Shown here piece after piece: positions 46,583-57,204 of a stretch of DNA of 64,000 bases. The notes under the pieces were generated by a model that saw only the letters and a program-made list of their open reading frames with translations, had not been told where the DNA came from and did not search any database. The DNA lies in assembly GCA_041500805.1 (NCBI GenBank), contig JBGQMX010000002.1, forward strand, positions 7,640 through 71,639, read 5' to 3'. This DNA is from Methyloceanibacter sp. Its GTDB lineage: Bacteria > Pseudomonadota > Alphaproteobacteria > Rhizobiales > Methyloligellaceae. The position numbers and the translations under genes were made by a program. Position 1 is the first letter of the stretch; each line of letters opens with the position of its first letter.

Positions 46583-48226
46583 ATGCTGAGCACGAGGTGG
46601 GGGACCTTGGAACGCGCTGCCACTTGGGTCGCGGGCCTGAAGGGCGCCCGCCGCGCCGTCTTTGCCGTGCTGCTCGGCATCTTCTCCGTGCTCGCCTTCG
46701 CTCCGGTGCATGCCTGGCCCGTGCTGTTCCTCACCTTCGGCGGGCTGGTCTGGCTGCTCGACGGCTGCCATGCGAGTCACTTAAGCCTCGCCCCGAGGTT
46801 GAAATGCGCGAGCCTTATCGGCTTCTGGTTCGGCTTCGGCTACTTCCTCGCCGGCCTCTATTGGATCGCCGAGGCCTTTCTCGTGGAGCCATGGCGCCAC
46901 GGCTGGATCATCCCTTTCGCCATGACGGCGCTGCCCGGAGGGATGGCGCTGTTCTTTGCGGCGGCATGCGCCCTTGCCATGCTTCTGTGGCTGCCGGGAG
47001 TAGGCCGCGTCTTCGCTCTGGCCATCGCCTTCGGCCTTGCCGAGTTCGCCCGCGGCCATGTCCTCACCGGGCTCCCCTGGAACCTTGTGGGCTACGGACT
47101 GCTCGGCAACGGGCCCATGATGCAGCTCGCGGCCCTGTTCGGCGTCTATGCCCTGAGCCTCATCGCCGTTCTCCTCTTCGCAAGCCCCGCCGCCATAGCG
47201 GCACCAGAGGGCTCAAACCTTGCCGGAGACAGAGGGGCCGTGGCGCTCGCCTCAACCCTCCTCGTTCTGCTCGGACTTGGGGCTCTGTGGGGGGAGCGGA
47301 GGCTTGTCGAGGCCGACAGCGGCAGCACCGGCGTTCGCCTCAGGATCGTCCAGGCCGATATCGACCAAGCCAACAAGTGGCGCCCGGAGAACAGCGCCGA
47401 GATCTTCACCGTCTATCTCGATCTCACCAAGTCGGGCCCCTCGGGTCTCGATGGCATCACTCTCGTCATCTGGCCCGAGACGGCGGTGCCCTTTCTCCTC
47501 GACGAAGCCACCGACGCGCTTCTCGCCATCGGCGAGGTGCTGCCAGAGGGGACCTCACTCTTGGTGGGCTCGGCGCGGCTCGTCGAGGAACGGGACGCAG
47601 GCGAGATCGTCACCACCCGTATTTATAACAGTCTGCTCGTGATCGACGACACGGGCCGCGTGCTCTCCGGCTACGACAAGATCCACCTCGTCCCGTTCGG
47701 CGAGTATCTCCCCTTCCAGGACTTCCTCGAAAATCTCGGCGTGATGCAGCTGACCGGGGTGCGCGGCGGCTTCAGCGCCGGCACCGGCCCGCGCCTCCTG
47801 CAAATTCCTGGAGCGCCGCCGGCAAGCCCCCTCATCTGCTACGAGATCATCTTCCCCGACGACGTGACCGAGCCTGGGGCAAGGCCGGGCTGGCTCCTCA
47901 ACATCACCAACGACGCCTGGTTCGGCTCGAGCGCCGGCCCCTATCAGCACTTCCATCAAGCTCAAGTCCGCGCCGTCGAGCAGGGCTTGCCGGTGGCCCG
48001 CGCCGCCAATACCGGCATCTCGGCGGTGATCGACCCTTACGGCCGAATTCTCGCCGAGATCGGTCTCGGCGAGAAAGGCGTCATCGAGGCGGACCTGCCC
48101 AAAGTGGGCCCGCCGACTCCCTTCGTGCAGTTGGGAAGCATTATCGAAATCTCGATGATGGCGCTCGCTTTTGCGGGCTGGCTCGCCTGTCGCGTGCAAC
48201 CAGTTCGGCTGCATCTGTTAACATGA
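46583..48226 (+). CDS. lnt: Apolipoprotein N-acyltransferase
   Basis: Multiple TMs; catalytic WPETA (E), YDKIHLVPFGEY (K) and ICYE (C); NITNDAWF; RAANTGIS. Confidence 0.96.
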   Translation: MLSTRWGTLERAATWVAGLKGARRAVFAVLLGIFSVLAFAPVHAWPVLFLTFGGLVWLLDGCHASHLSLAPRLKCASLIGFWFGFGYFLAGLYWIAEAFLVEPWRHGWIIPFAMTALPGGMALFFAAACALAMLLWLPGVGRVFALAIAFGLAEFARGHVLTGLPWNLVGYGLLGNGPMMQLAALFGVYALSLIAVLLFASPAAIAAPEGSNLAGDRGAVALASTLLVLLGLGALWGERRLVEADSGSTGVRLRIVQADIDQANKWRPENSAEIFTVYLDLTKSGPSGLDGITLVIWPETAVPFLLDEATDALLAIGEVLPEGTSLLVGSARLVEERDAGEIVTTRIYNSLLVIDDTGRVLSGYDKIHLVPFGEYLPFQDFLENLGVMQLTGVRGGFSAGTGPRLLQIPGAPPASPLICYEIIFPDDVTEPGARPGWLLNITNDAWFGSSAGPYQHFHQAQVRAVEQGLPVARAANTGISAVIDPYGRILAEIGLGEKGVIEADLPKVGPPTPFVQLGSIIEISMMALAFAGWLACRVQPVRLHLLT

Positions 48227-48373
48227 ACAGGTGAATCGTCGGCTGCGGCTCCTGCGTGCTTGACGAGGCTAGACCGCACCCCTATGAACCATTCGCGAAG
48301 GGGACCATTTTCATCGAGATTATGCGTCAGCTTCTTTTCTTTTTCGAACCTCTTAATTGTCACGAGCGAGCGA

Positions 48374-48790
48374 ATGGCAGGCAAAAAGCCTAACCCCGTT
48401 GACACACATGTCGGGAGCCGGGTGCGACTACGCCGAATGTTGCTTGGCATGAGTCAGGAGCGTCTCGGCGAGGGCATGGGACTCACATTTCAGCAGGTGC
48501 AGAAATATGAGAAGGGCGTGAACCGCATCGGCGCGAGCCGGCTGTTCCAGATCTCGAAGATCCTCGATGTCCCCGTTCAGTTTTTTTTCGAGGAGGCGCC
48601 GCACACCGGCGACGGGGGCACCGCGCGGGGAATGGCCGAACCCGATTCCGAGGCCTTCATCCTCGAATTTCTGAATAGCCGTGAAGGGCTTGAGCTGAAC
48701 CGCGCCTTTGTCAAGATCGGCGATGCAAAGGTTCGCAAGAGCGTCGTCGACCTGGTGCGGGCCTTGAGCGCGCGCCCCGCCACTCCCTAA
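48374..48790 (+). CDS. XRE-family HTH regulator, conserved between lnt and metK in alphaproteobacteria
   Basis: [18 protein letters not shown]...[22 protein letters not shown]. Confidence 0.9.
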   Translation: MAGKKPNPVDTHVGSRVRLRRMLLGMSQERLGEGMGLTFQQVQKYEKGVNRIGASRLFQISKILDVPVQFFFEEAPHTGDGGTARGMAEPDSEAFILEFLNSREGLELNRAFVKIGDAKVRKSVVDLVRALSARPATP

Positions 48791-48897
48791 TTCCAGGCGT
48801 CGGACGGGCAGGCTTGACCGCCTGCCCCATGGTTTGCGAGAACCGCCTGCGGCCATTGTGGGCCGCTCGGCTTTCCGTTGCAACAGGGGGTGCTCAA

Positions 48898-50124
48898 GTG
48901 TCCCGGGCAAATTACGTCTTCACCAGTGAATCCGTGTCGGAAGGTCATCCCGACAAAGTGTGCGACCGCATCTCCGACGCGGTGGTCGATCTCTATCTCG
49001 CCGCCGATCCTTATTCGCGCGTGGCCATTGAGACCCTGGTCACGACCAACCGCATCGTGATGGCGGGCGAGGTACGTGGGCCCGAGACCGTGACGCCGGA
49101 GCTCATCGAGGACGCCGCGCGGCGCGCCGTGCGCGAGATCGGCTACGAGCAGAAGGGCTTCCACTGGAAGCACTGCGAGTTTCAATACTACGTGCACGAG
49201 CAGTCCGCCGACATCGCCCGCGGCGTCGATGCCGACACCGAGTCCAAGAAGGACGAGGGCGCGGGCGATCAGGGCATCATGTTCGGCTTTGCCTGCCGCG
49301 AGACCGAGCCGCTCATGCCGGCACCGATCTTCTATGCCCACCGCATCCTGCACGAGATGGCGAAGGCGCGGCACACCGGCCGCACCCCCGAGCTTGGGCC
49401 CGACGCCAAGAGTCAGGTGACGCTGGCCTACGAGAACGGCAAGCCGGTGCGCGCGGAGGCGATCGTGGTCTCCACTCAGCATGGCGAGGATGTGAGCCAG
49501 GAGCGCGTCAGGGAGATCGTGCGGAGCTTCGCCGACGAGGTGCTGCCGCAGGGCTGGATCGGCCGCGATACCAAATTCTACGTCAACCCCACGGGGCGCT
49601 TCGTCATCGGCGGCCCCGATGGCGACGCGGGCGTCACCGGACGCAAGATCATCGTCGATACTTACGGCGGCGCGGCACCCCATGGCGGCGGCGCCTTCTC
49701 CGGCAAGGACCCGACCAAGGTCGACCGCTCAGCGGCTTACGCCGCGCGCTATCTCGCCAAGAACGTGGTGGCGGCAGGACTCGCCGACCGCTGCACGCTG
49801 CAGGTCGCCTACGCCATCGGCGTCTCGCAGCCGCTCTCGCTCTATGTGGACCTGCATGGCACGGGCTCGGTCGCCGAGGAGGCCCTCGAAGAGGCGCTCC
49901 GGCGCGTGATGGACTTAAGCCCGCGCGGCATCAGGGAGCATCTCGGTCTTTCGCGCCCGATCTACGAGCGCACGTCGTCTTACGGCCATTTCGGACGCCA
50001 GCCCGACAATGACGGCGGCTTCTCCTGGAGCGGTTGGACCTCGTCGAGCCGATCCGCGCCGAGCTCACTTAGCCGGGACCTCTCTCCTCTTGTCGTCGCC
50101 CGGCTTGACCAGGCGATCCAGTAA
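48898..50124 (+). CDS. metK: S-adenosylmethionine synthetase with an apparent one-base deletion near the 3' end
   Basis: [35 protein letters not shown] and YGHFGR motifs; GTG 48898; the expected C-terminus lies in another frame, ending at TAG 50070-50072. Confidence 0.95.
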   Translation: MSRANYVFTSESVSEGHPDKVCDRISDAVVDLYLAADPYSRVAIETLVTTNRIVMAGEVRGPETVTPELIEDAARRAVREIGYEQKGFHWKHCEFQYYVHEQSADIARGVDADTESKKDEGAGDQGIMFGFACRETEPLMPAPIFYAHRILHEMAKARHTGRTPELGPDAKSQVTLAYENGKPVRAEAIVVSTQHGEDVSQERVREIVRSFADEVLPQGWIGRDTKFYVNPTGRFVIGGPDGDAGVTGRKIIVDTYGGAAPHGGGAFSGKDPTKVDRSAAYAARYLAKNVVAAGLADRCTLQVAYAIGVSQPLSLYVDLHGTGSVAEEALEEALRRVMDLSPRGIREHLGLSRPIYERTSSYGHFGRQPDNDGGFSWSGWTSSSRSAPSSLSRDLSPLVVARLDQAIQ

Positions 50125-50223
50125 CCAATCGCGGTAGTATCAATCGCAAGGCCGGTGGTTACTGGATGCCCGCCGGAGCTTGTCATCGGGCCGGCCAAAG
50201 GCCGGGCCGTTGGCGGGCATGAC
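50092..50223. repeat. Palindromic element of the GTC(G/A)TCGCCCGGCTTGACC...GGGCATGAC type
   Basis: 12-bp inner arms ATCCAGTAACCA(50116-50127)/TGGTTACTGGAT(50156-50167) plus terminal hairpins; related to 13171-13261. Confidence 0.8.
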
Positions 50224-50257
50224 GATAGTGGGTGGATTGGCACACGAGAGTCGCCCA

Positions 50258-50944
50258 ATGAGCGAGGTCAGACCGCTCAGGTCCTATGGCAGGCGCAAGG
50301 GCAAGCCCTTGAGCGCGCGCAAGGAGCGCCTCATCGAGGACCTGCTGCCGCTTCTCCGCCTCGAACTCGGCGAGCCTGCTCCCGGCCATTTGCAGGACCT
50401 TTTCCCAGTCCCCGTCAGGGAGGTTTGGCTCGAGATCGGCTTCGGCTCCGGCGAGCACCTCCTCTTTCAGGCGGAGCACAACAAAGACATCGGCTTCATC
50501 GGCTGCGAGCCGTTCGTCAACGGGCTCGCGAGCCTGCTTGGCGCGATCGAGACCCAAGCGCTTGCGAACATCCGGGTCCATGACGGCGATGCGCGCGAGG
50601 CGCTTCCCTGGCTTCCCGATCGCTCGATCGCCCGCGGCTTCATTCTGTTCCCCGACCCCTGGCCGAAGAAGCGCCAGCTGAAGCGGAGGCTCATCTCGCC
50701 CGCCACCGTCGGGGAGCTCGCGCGCGTGCTGGCACCTGGCGCCGAGCTCAGATTTGCGAGCGACAGCGGCGACTATGCCGCGCAAGCGCTTCTCCTCATG
50801 CGCCAAAGCGGCGAATTCGCCTGGCCGGCCGAGCAGGCGCGCGACTGGCAGGAACGGCCCGCCGACTGGCCCGAGACCCGCTATGAGCGGAAGGCCTTGA
50901 GCGAGGGTCGGAAGCCTGTCTATCTCAGCTTCAGGCGGCTCTAA
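50258..50944 (+). CDS. trmB: tRNA (guanine-N7)-methyltransferase
   Basis: LEIGFGSGEHL, FIGCEPF, FPDPWPKKR and TRYERKA motifs. Confidence 0.95.
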   Translation: MSEVRPLRSYGRRKGKPLSARKERLIEDLLPLLRLELGEPAPGHLQDLFPVPVREVWLEIGFGSGEHLLFQAEHNKDIGFIGCEPFVNGLASLLGAIETQALANIRVHDGDAREALPWLPDRSIARGFILFPDPWPKKRQLKRRLISPATVGELARVLAPGAELRFASDSGDYAAQALLLMRQSGEFAWPAEQARDWQERPADWPETRYERKALSEGRKPVYLSFRRL

Positions 50945-50958
50945 CCTCGGAGGGCGGA

Positions 50959-51390
50959 ATGCGCGTGATGGTGTTGGCTTTGACGATCATGCTCATGCCT
51001 ATCGCGGCCCTGGCCGGGACCGATGTCACCGCCACCTGCTATAAGGACTGCGAGAGCGCGACCCATTCCAACCCCGAATATAAAGCGTGTCTTGCCCGCG
51101 CCGCCGACAAGGCCGATGCCGCCCTCAATGCTGCGTTCAAGGCGCTGCAGGACAAGGTCCGCGCCGCGGGGAAGGATATGGGCCAGAGCCCCGACACCCA
51201 GCTCGGCGACCTCAGGGACGCGCAGAAGAAATGGATCGCCTATCGCGACGACAATTGCACCTTCGAGGACAGCCTCGCCTTTGGCGGCACGGCGATCGGC
51301 GGCAACTACTCCTCCTGCCTCTGCGCGCTGAGCTATGAGCGGGTCGACGACTTCGCCCGCATCCAGAAGGAGGTCATCGGCGGGCCTTGA
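50959..51390 (+). CDS. Secreted LprI/DUF1311-like protein
   Basis: Sec signal; C...ADKADAALNAAFK...LRDAQKKWIAYRDDNC pattern; several Cys. Confidence 0.78.
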   Translation: MRVMVLALTIMLMPIAALAGTDVTATCYKDCESATHSNPEYKACLARAADKADAALNAAFKALQDKVRAAGKDMGQSPDTQLGDLRDAQKKWIAYRDDNCTFEDSLAFGGTAIGGNYSSCLCALSYERVDDFARIQKEVIGGP

Positions 51391-51426
51391 CCGCTCCGGG
51401 GCCCCCTTTTTGCGGTCTGCGAAACG

Positions 51427-51455
51427 CTTGAAACCCTGAAAAAAGCACGTATATT
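51427..51455 (+). promoter_or_regulatory. Sigma70-type promoter of the rimP-nusA-infB operon
   Basis: CTTGAA-N17-TATATT, matching the rhizobial CTTGAC-N17-CTATAT type. Confidence 0.65.
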
Positions 51456-51483
51456 ACCGGCGAACTCATGATTGGTTTGATCA

Positions 51484-51514
51484 GGAGTGGGCTTGCCGCC
51501 CGCTCCTTTTTGTT
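51484..51514 (+). terminator. Intrinsic terminator-like hairpin within the rimP leader
   Basis: GGAGTGGGC-ttgcc-GCCCGCTCC followed by TTTTTGTT, between the promoter and rimP. Confidence 0.7.
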
Positions 51515-51561
51515 AGGCACCTTGCTTCCTCGCGCGCGTCGGGGAGTTGTAGCCGCAATCG

Positions 51562-52119
51562 ATGTGGAGCCCTGCCGTCAACGCCGATCGCCGCTTTACC
51601 AGTGAGACGGGGCCGGCGCGGACTGTCGCCGATCTCGCCGAGCCCGTGCTCGAGGAGCTCGGCTTCCGCTTGGTGCGGGTCAAAGTCTCGGCGCGCGACG
51701 GAGGCACGGTGCAGATCATGGCCGAGCGGCCGACGGGCGAGATGACCGTGGAGGATTGTGCTCTGATCAGCCGGAGGCTGTCGCCGGTGCTGGACACTTA
51801 CGATCCGATGCCGGGACACTATCGTCTCGAGGTCTCCTCTCCCGGCATCGACCGGCCGCTGGTACGCCCGAGCGACTTTGCGTTATGGGCGGGTCATGAA
51901 GCCAAGGTAGAGCTGAAGGAGCTGGTCGACGGACGCAAGCGCTTCAAGGGCGTGATCGAGGGCGTGGTCAAGGACGAGGCGCGCCTCAGGATCGAGCTCG
52001 AAGGCAAGGCCGAGCCCGTGGTGATCGGCCTTCCCTTCTCGCTCATCAGCGAGGCGAAGCTCGTGGCCGGCACGGAGAGCTTCAAGGCCCATCTTTCGGG
52101 CAAGAAGCCCGCACATTGA
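51562..52119 (+). CDS. rimP: Ribosome maturation factor RimP
   Basis: VQIMAERP, YRLEVSSPGIDRPL, GRKRFKG and ISEAKLV motifs. Confidence 0.95.
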   Translation: MWSPAVNADRRFTSETGPARTVADLAEPVLEELGFRLVRVKVSARDGGTVQIMAERPTGEMTVEDCALISRRLSPVLDTYDPMPGHYRLEVSSPGIDRPLVRPSDFALWAGHEAKVELKELVDGRKRFKGVIEGVVKDEARLRIELEGKAEPVVIGLPFSLISEAKLVAGTESFKAHLSGKKPAH

Positions 52120-52181
52120 AATGAGAGCGGAGCGCGCGCGAGCGCGGCCCCGCAAGACCGTAACGATTGGAGGCAATGACG

Positions 52182-53846
52182 ATGGCTCAGGCAGGCGTAA
52201 GCGCCAACAGGCTGGAGCTCCTGCAGATCGCTGACGCGGTCGCGCGCGAGAAGTCGATCGACCGCCAGGTGGTCATCAGCGCCATGGAGGACGCGATCCA
52301 GAAGGCCGCGAAATCCCGCTACGGCAGCGAGAACGAGATCCGGGCCGAGGTCGACCCCAAGACCGGCGAGATCAGGCTCGCCCGCCTGCTCGAAGCGGTC
52401 GAGACGGTCACCATGGAGGCGACCCAGATCTCGCTCGCCGAAGCCCGCCGCCGCAATCCAGCAGCACAAGTCGGCGACTTCATCGCCGAGCCCCTGCCCC
52501 CGCTCGATTTCGGCCGGGTGGCGGCGCAGAACGCGAAGCAAGTGATCGTGCAGAAGGTGCGCGAGGCCGAGCGCGAGCGCCAATATGACGAGTACAAAGA
52601 CCGCGTCGGCGAGATCGTCAACGGCATCGTCAAGCGGGTCGAATACGGCAATGTCATCGTCGACCTCGGCCGCGCCGAGGCCATCGTGCGCCGCGACGAG
52701 ACGCTGCCGCGCGAGAACTTCCGTTATGGCGACCGCATCCGCGCCTTTGTCTATGACGTCCGCTGCGAGCAGCGGGGCCCCCAAATCTTCCTCTCGCGCA
52801 CGCATCCGGAGTTCATGGCCAAGCTGTTCGCGCAAGAGGTGCCCGAGGTCTATGAGAGCATCGTCACCATCAAGTCGGTAGCGCGCGATCCGGGAAGCCG
52901 CGCCAAGATTGCGGTGGTGTCGCGCGACGCCTCCATCGATCCCGTGGGCGCCTGCGTCGGCATGCGCGGCAGCCGCGTCCAGGCGGTGGTCAACGAGCTG
53001 CAAGGCGAGAAGATCGACATCATCCAATGGTCGCCCGATGCGGCGACCTTCATCGTCAACGCGCTGGCGCCGGCCGAAGTAGTCAAGGTCGTGCTCGACG
53101 AGGACGCCGAGCGCATCGAGGTCGTCGTGCCGGATCCGCAACTGTCATTGGCCATCGGCCGAAAGGGTCAGAATGTTAGACTCGCCTCGCAACTCACCGG
53201 CTGGGACATCGACATCATGACGGAGGCCTCCGAGTCCGAACGCCGCCAGGCCGAGTTCGCCGAGCGCTCGGCGACGTTCATGGAGGCGCTCGACGTCGAT
53301 GAGGTGATCGCGCAGCTCCTCGCCTCCGAGGGCTTCTCATCGGTCGAGGAGGTGGCCTTGGTCGAGCCGTCGGAGATTGCCTCGATCGAAGGCTTCGACG
53401 AGAACACCGCCGCCGAGATTCAGACCCGTGCACGCGAGCATCTGGAGAAGATCGAGGCCGAGCTTGACGCCAAACGCAGGGCGCTCGGAGTCGCCGACGA
53501 GCTTGCCGAGGTCCCCGGCCTCACCACGGCGATGCTCGTCACCTTGGGCGACAAGGGCATCAAGACCGTCGAGGACCTCGCCGATTGCGCCACCGACGAC
53601 CTGGCTGGCTGGAGCGAGCGCAAGGACAAAGAGACGATCCGCCATGACGGAATTCTCGACAGCTTCGGTCTGACCAAGCCCCAGATCGAGGACTTGATCC
53701 TTGCTGCGCGCGTCAAGGCGGGGTGGATCGAGGAATCCGCACTCGCGCCTGAGCCTGAGGAAGGCGAGGGCGAAGGCGAAGGCGGCGCAGCTCCCGAGGC
53801 CGGCGCTCCCTCGGGGGACGAGCCTACGCTCGGCGCAGGCAACTGA
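52182..53846 (+). CDS. nusA: Transcription factor NusA
   Basis: ANRLELLQIADAVAREK, FGRVAAQNAKQVI, ARDPGSRAK, DPVGACVGMRGSR and AIGRKGQNVRLASQL motifs; alternative ATG at 52176. Confidence 0.97.
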   Translation: MAQAGVSANRLELLQIADAVAREKSIDRQVVISAMEDAIQKAAKSRYGSENEIRAEVDPKTGEIRLARLLEAVETVTMEATQISLAEARRRNPAAQVGDFIAEPLPPLDFGRVAAQNAKQVIVQKVREAERERQYDEYKDRVGEIVNGIVKRVEYGNVIVDLGRAEAIVRRDETLPRENFRYGDRIRAFVYDVRCEQRGPQIFLSRTHPEFMAKLFAQEVPEVYESIVTIKSVARDPGSRAKIAVVSRDASIDPVGACVGMRGSRVQAVVNELQGEKIDIIQWSPDAATFIVNALAPAEVVKVVLDEDAERIEVVVPDPQLSLAIGRKGQNVRLASQLTGWDIDIMTEASESERRQAEFAERSATFMEALDVDEVIAQLLASEGFSSVEEVALVEPSEIASIEGFDENTAAEIQTRAREHLEKIEAELDAKRRALGVADELAEVPGLTTAMLVTLGDKGIKTVEDLADCATDDLAGWSERKDKETIRHDGILDSFGLTKPQIEDLILAARVKAGWIEESALAPEPEEGEGEGEGGAAPEAGAPSGDEPTLGAGN

Positions 53847-53870
53847 TGAGCCCGGCAGGAGATTTGACGT

Positions 53871-54545
53871 TTGCGGCAAGCGGCGGCGGAGCAAGAGCGC
53901 GAGCAGGATGAAGAGGCGGATAGCGTCCGCCGCTGTGCCCTGACGCGTGCCCGCCGGCCTAAGGACGAGCTCATCCGCTTCGTACTCGGCCCAGACGGCG
54001 TGATCGTCCCGGATATCAAGGAAAAGCTGCCCGGCCGGGGCGTATGGCTGACCGCGGCGCACGATCGCGTGGCGGAGGCGGGAAAACGCAACGTTTTCGC
54101 CAGAGCGCTGAAGGCGAAAGCCCAGGTACCGGAAGGGCTTGCGGCCCAGGTCGACAAGCTTCTCGCCGATGCAGCTCTTTCCGCCCTGGCGCTGGCCAAC
54201 AAGGCGGGGGAGGCCGTGTTCGGCAGCGCCAAGATCGAGGAGGCCATCGCCAAAGGCCGGGTTCTCGCCCTGATCCATGCCCGGGACGCGGCGGAAGACG
54301 GCTGCCGCAAGCTCGACGGCAAATTCCGTGAAATGAGAGGCGAAACGCCCCTTCCGGCGGTGCGCGCCTTCATTGCGGATGAATTGGGTTTGGCATCAGG
54401 CCGGGCAAATGTGATACATGCTGCGCTAATCCAGGGCGGAGCGGCTCTCAGATTTCTCGCGGCAGCCTCGCGCTTAGAGCGCTACCGCGAGGGCAGCGCC
54501 GCATTCGCAAACCTGAACGGATCGGATACGAACACGAATGAGTGA
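53871..54545 (+). CDS. YlxR/DUF448 RNA-binding protein fused to an L7Ae-like domain
   Basis: RRCALTR...[10 protein letters not shown]...PGRGVWL; LALANKAG; GRANVIHAA; sits between nusA and infB. Confidence 0.88.
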   Translation: MRQAAAEQEREQDEEADSVRRCALTRARRPKDELIRFVLGPDGVIVPDIKEKLPGRGVWLTAAHDRVAEAGKRNVFARALKAKAQVPEGLAAQVDKLLADAALSALALANKAGEAVFGSAKIEEAIAKGRVLALIHARDAAEDGCRKLDGKFREMRGETPLPAVRAFIADELGLASGRANVIHAALIQGGAALRFLAAASRLERYREGSAAFANLNGSDTNTNE

Positions 54546-57024
54546 GACGAACGAGACTGAAGGCAAAGCCGCCCGTGGCGGGGGCAAGATGACGCTCAAC
54601 GTGCGCCGGACCGTGGAGTCCGGCCATGTGCGCCAGAGCTTCAGCCATGGGCGCTCCAAATCCGTCGTGGTCGAGAAGAAGAAGCGGCGGGTGATGGGTT
54701 CGGGCGCAGCGCCTCAACCCGTCGAGGAGCCGGCGCCGAAGCCCGCACCACGCGTGGCAGAGGTCGCCCCCAAGCCTCAGCTCGAGGAGCCGCGTCCCCG
54801 GGGTCTCGTGCTCCGCCAGCTTTCCGATGACGAGAAGGACGCGCGCACCCGCGCGCTGCTCGATTCTCGCCAGCGCGAGGCCGATGAGCGCGCCAAGGCC
54901 GAGCAGGCCGCCGTGGTCGAGGTGGTCACGCAAGAGCAGCGGACGAAAGAGCTCAAAGACGCCGAAGAGCGCAAGATTAAAGAGGATGCCCGGCACGAGG
55001 CCGAGGCCAAGGCTCGCAAAGTCGGCGAGGAGACCGTCCGCAAGCACCTCCTGAAGGAGGAGGTGGAAGAGCCTGCCCGCACGCCCGACGCCCGCCACAA
55101 GAAGAGCCCCGTCGCCCCGCGGCGCGGCGACGAGCGCCGGGTCCGCGGGCGCCTCACCATCACCAATGCGCTCGATGAGGAGCAGCGCCAGCGGAGCCTT
55201 GCCTCGCTGAAGCGCCGCCAGGAGCGCCAGAAAAAGCAGATCACCGGACCGCAGGCGCAGCTGAAAATCCAGCGCGACGTCGTGGTGCCCGAGGTCATGA
55301 CCATTCAGGAGCTCGCCAACCGCATGGCCGAGCGCGGCGTCGACGTCATCAAGTTCCTGATGCGGGACGGCGAGATGCGCAAGATCACCGACGTGATCGA
55401 CGCCGACACCGCCCAGCTCGTCGCCGAGGAATTCGGGCATACGGTCAGGCGCGTCTCCGAGGCCGACGTCGAGGAAGGCTTCATCGGCGAGGAAGACCAC
55501 GCCGAGGACCTGCAGCCGCGCGCGCCGATCGTCACCATCATGGGCCATGTCGATCACGGCAAGACCTCGCTGCTCGATGCCATCCGCACCACCAATGTCG
55601 TCAGCCAGGAGGCCGGCGGCATCACCCAGCATATCGGCGCCTACCAGGTGGTGACGCCGCTCGGCAACAAGATCACGTTCATCGACACTCCGGGCCACGA
55701 GGCCTTCACCGCCATGCGCCAGCGCGGCGCTCAGGTGACCGACATCGTGGTGCTGGTGGTGGCCGCCGACGACGGGGTCAAGCCGCAGACGGTCGAGGCC
55801 ATCAATCATGCCAAGGCCGCCGGCGTTCCGATGATCGTGGCCATCAACAAGATCGACAAGCAAGGCGCCGACCCGCAACGCGTGCGCACCGAGCTGCTCA
55901 GCCAGGAGATCGTGGTGGAAAGCCTCGGCGGCGAGACGCTGGAGGTCGAGGTCTCGGCGTTGAAGAAGACGGGTCTCGACAAGCTGCTCGAAGCGATCGC
56001 GCTGCAGGCCGAGGTGCTGGAGCTCACCGCCAACCCCAACCGCGCCGCGGAAGGCGTGATCGTCGAGGCCAAGCTCGAGCGCGGACGCGGGCCGGTCGGC
56101 ACGGCGCTGATCCAGCGCGGCACGTTGCATGTCGGCGATCTCGTGGTGGCCGGCTCGGCCTATGGCCGCGTTCGCGCGCTGATCAACGAGCTCGGCGAGC
56201 AGGTGACAAGCGCCGGTCCCTCGGTCCCGGTCGAGGTGCTCGGCTTCGACTCAGCGCCGGAAGCGGGCGACCAGTTCGCCGTGGTGGAGAACGAGGCCCG
56301 GGCGCGCGAGATCACCGATTACCGCATGCGCGAGCGGCGCAAGCGCTTGGCCGTGGCCGGTCAGCGCGGCAGCCTCGAGCAGATGATGAACAATCTGAAG
56401 ACCGCCGGCACCAAGGAGTTCACGCTCCTCGTCAAAGGTGACGTGCAGGGCTCGGTCGAGGCCATCGTTGCGGCGCTCGACAAGATGGGGACCGACGAGG
56501 TTAGGGCCCGGATCATTCATGCAGGCGTCGGCGGTATCACCGAGTCCGATGTCGGGCTCGCCGCGACGTCGGGCGCCGTGGTGCTCGGCTTCAATGTGCG
56601 CGCCAACGCGCAGGCCCGCGAGGCGGCTGAGCGCGATGGCGTCGAGATTCGCTATTACGCCGTGATCTACGACCTGGTCGACGAGGTGAAGCAGGCCATG
56701 TCGGGCCTGCTCGCGCCCACGCGGCGCGAGACCTTCCTCGGCAATGCCGAGATTTTGGAGGTGTTCGCCATCTCCAAGGTGGGCAAGGTCGCCGGCTGCC
56801 GCGTCACCGAGGGCAAAGTCGAGCGTGGCGCCCATGTGCGGCTGATCCGCGACAACGTGGTGATCCACGAAGGCAAGCTTTCGACCTTGAAGCGCTTCAA
56901 GGACGAGGTGCGCGAGGTGATCGCTGGCCAGGAATGCGGCATGGCGTTCGAAGGCTACCAGGACATGCGGGCTGGCGACGTCATCGAGTGCTTCGATGTC
57001 GAGCACGTCCAGCGCACGCTCTGA
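54538..57024 (+). CDS. infB: Translation initiation factor IF-2
   Basis: [34 protein letters not shown] and KGDVQGS motifs. Confidence 0.98.
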   Translation: MSETNETEGKAARGGGKMTLNVRRTVESGHVRQSFSHGRSKSVVVEKKKRRVMGSGAAPQPVEEPAPKPAPRVAEVAPKPQLEEPRPRGLVLRQLSDDEKDARTRALLDSRQREADERAKAEQAAVVEVVTQEQRTKELKDAEERKIKEDARHEAEAKARKVGEETVRKHLLKEEVEEPARTPDARHKKSPVAPRRGDERRVRGRLTITNALDEEQRQRSLASLKRRQERQKKQITGPQAQLKIQRDVVVPEVMTIQELANRMAERGVDVIKFLMRDGEMRKITDVIDADTAQLVAEEFGHTVRRVSEADVEEGFIGEEDHAEDLQPRAPIVTIMGHVDHGKTSLLDAIRTTNVVSQEAGGITQHIGAYQVVTPLGNKITFIDTPGHEAFTAMRQRGAQVTDIVVLVVAADDGVKPQTVEAINHAKAAGVPMIVAINKIDKQGADPQRVRTELLSQEIVVESLGGETLEVEVSALKKTGLDKLLEAIALQAEVLELTANPNRAAEGVIVEAKLERGRGPVGTALIQRGTLHVGDLVVAGSAYGRVRALINELGEQVTSAGPSVPVEVLGFDSAPEAGDQFAVVENEARAREITDYRMRERRKRLAVAGQRGSLEQMMNNLKTAGTKEFTLLVKGDVQGSVEAIVAALDKMGTDEVRARIIHAGVGGITESDVGLAATSGAVVLGFNVRANAQAREAAERDGVEIRYYAVIYDLVDEVKQAMSGLLAPTRRETFLGNAEILEVFAISKVGKVAGCRVTEGKVERGAHVRLIRDNVVIHEGKLSTLKRFKDEVREVIAGQECGMAFEGYQDMRAGDVIECFDVEHVQRTL

Positions 57025-57204
57025 GTTTCCAAGGGTGACAAGGCCGATCGTGCGACGGCTCAACTCTGCCGACGCGTCGCGGATGCGCAGCATCGCGGCG
57101 ATGCTGCCGCCGCCCGAATGGCGCGGTGAGGATGTCCCGAGACTTGCCCATTTCGCCCGCGCGCTGGCCGATCCCGCCGTCTACTTGCGGGGAGGATAGT
57201 TAGC

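Noticed and set aside
13171-50223. Palindromic repeats considered as IS elements or prophage remnants
   Set aside because: All are under 160 nt with no transposase, integrase or phage genes in the window; reported as non-autonomous repeats.
57082-57199. 38-codon ORF between infB and rbfA
   Set aside because: No RBS or recognizable motif; not called as a CDS.
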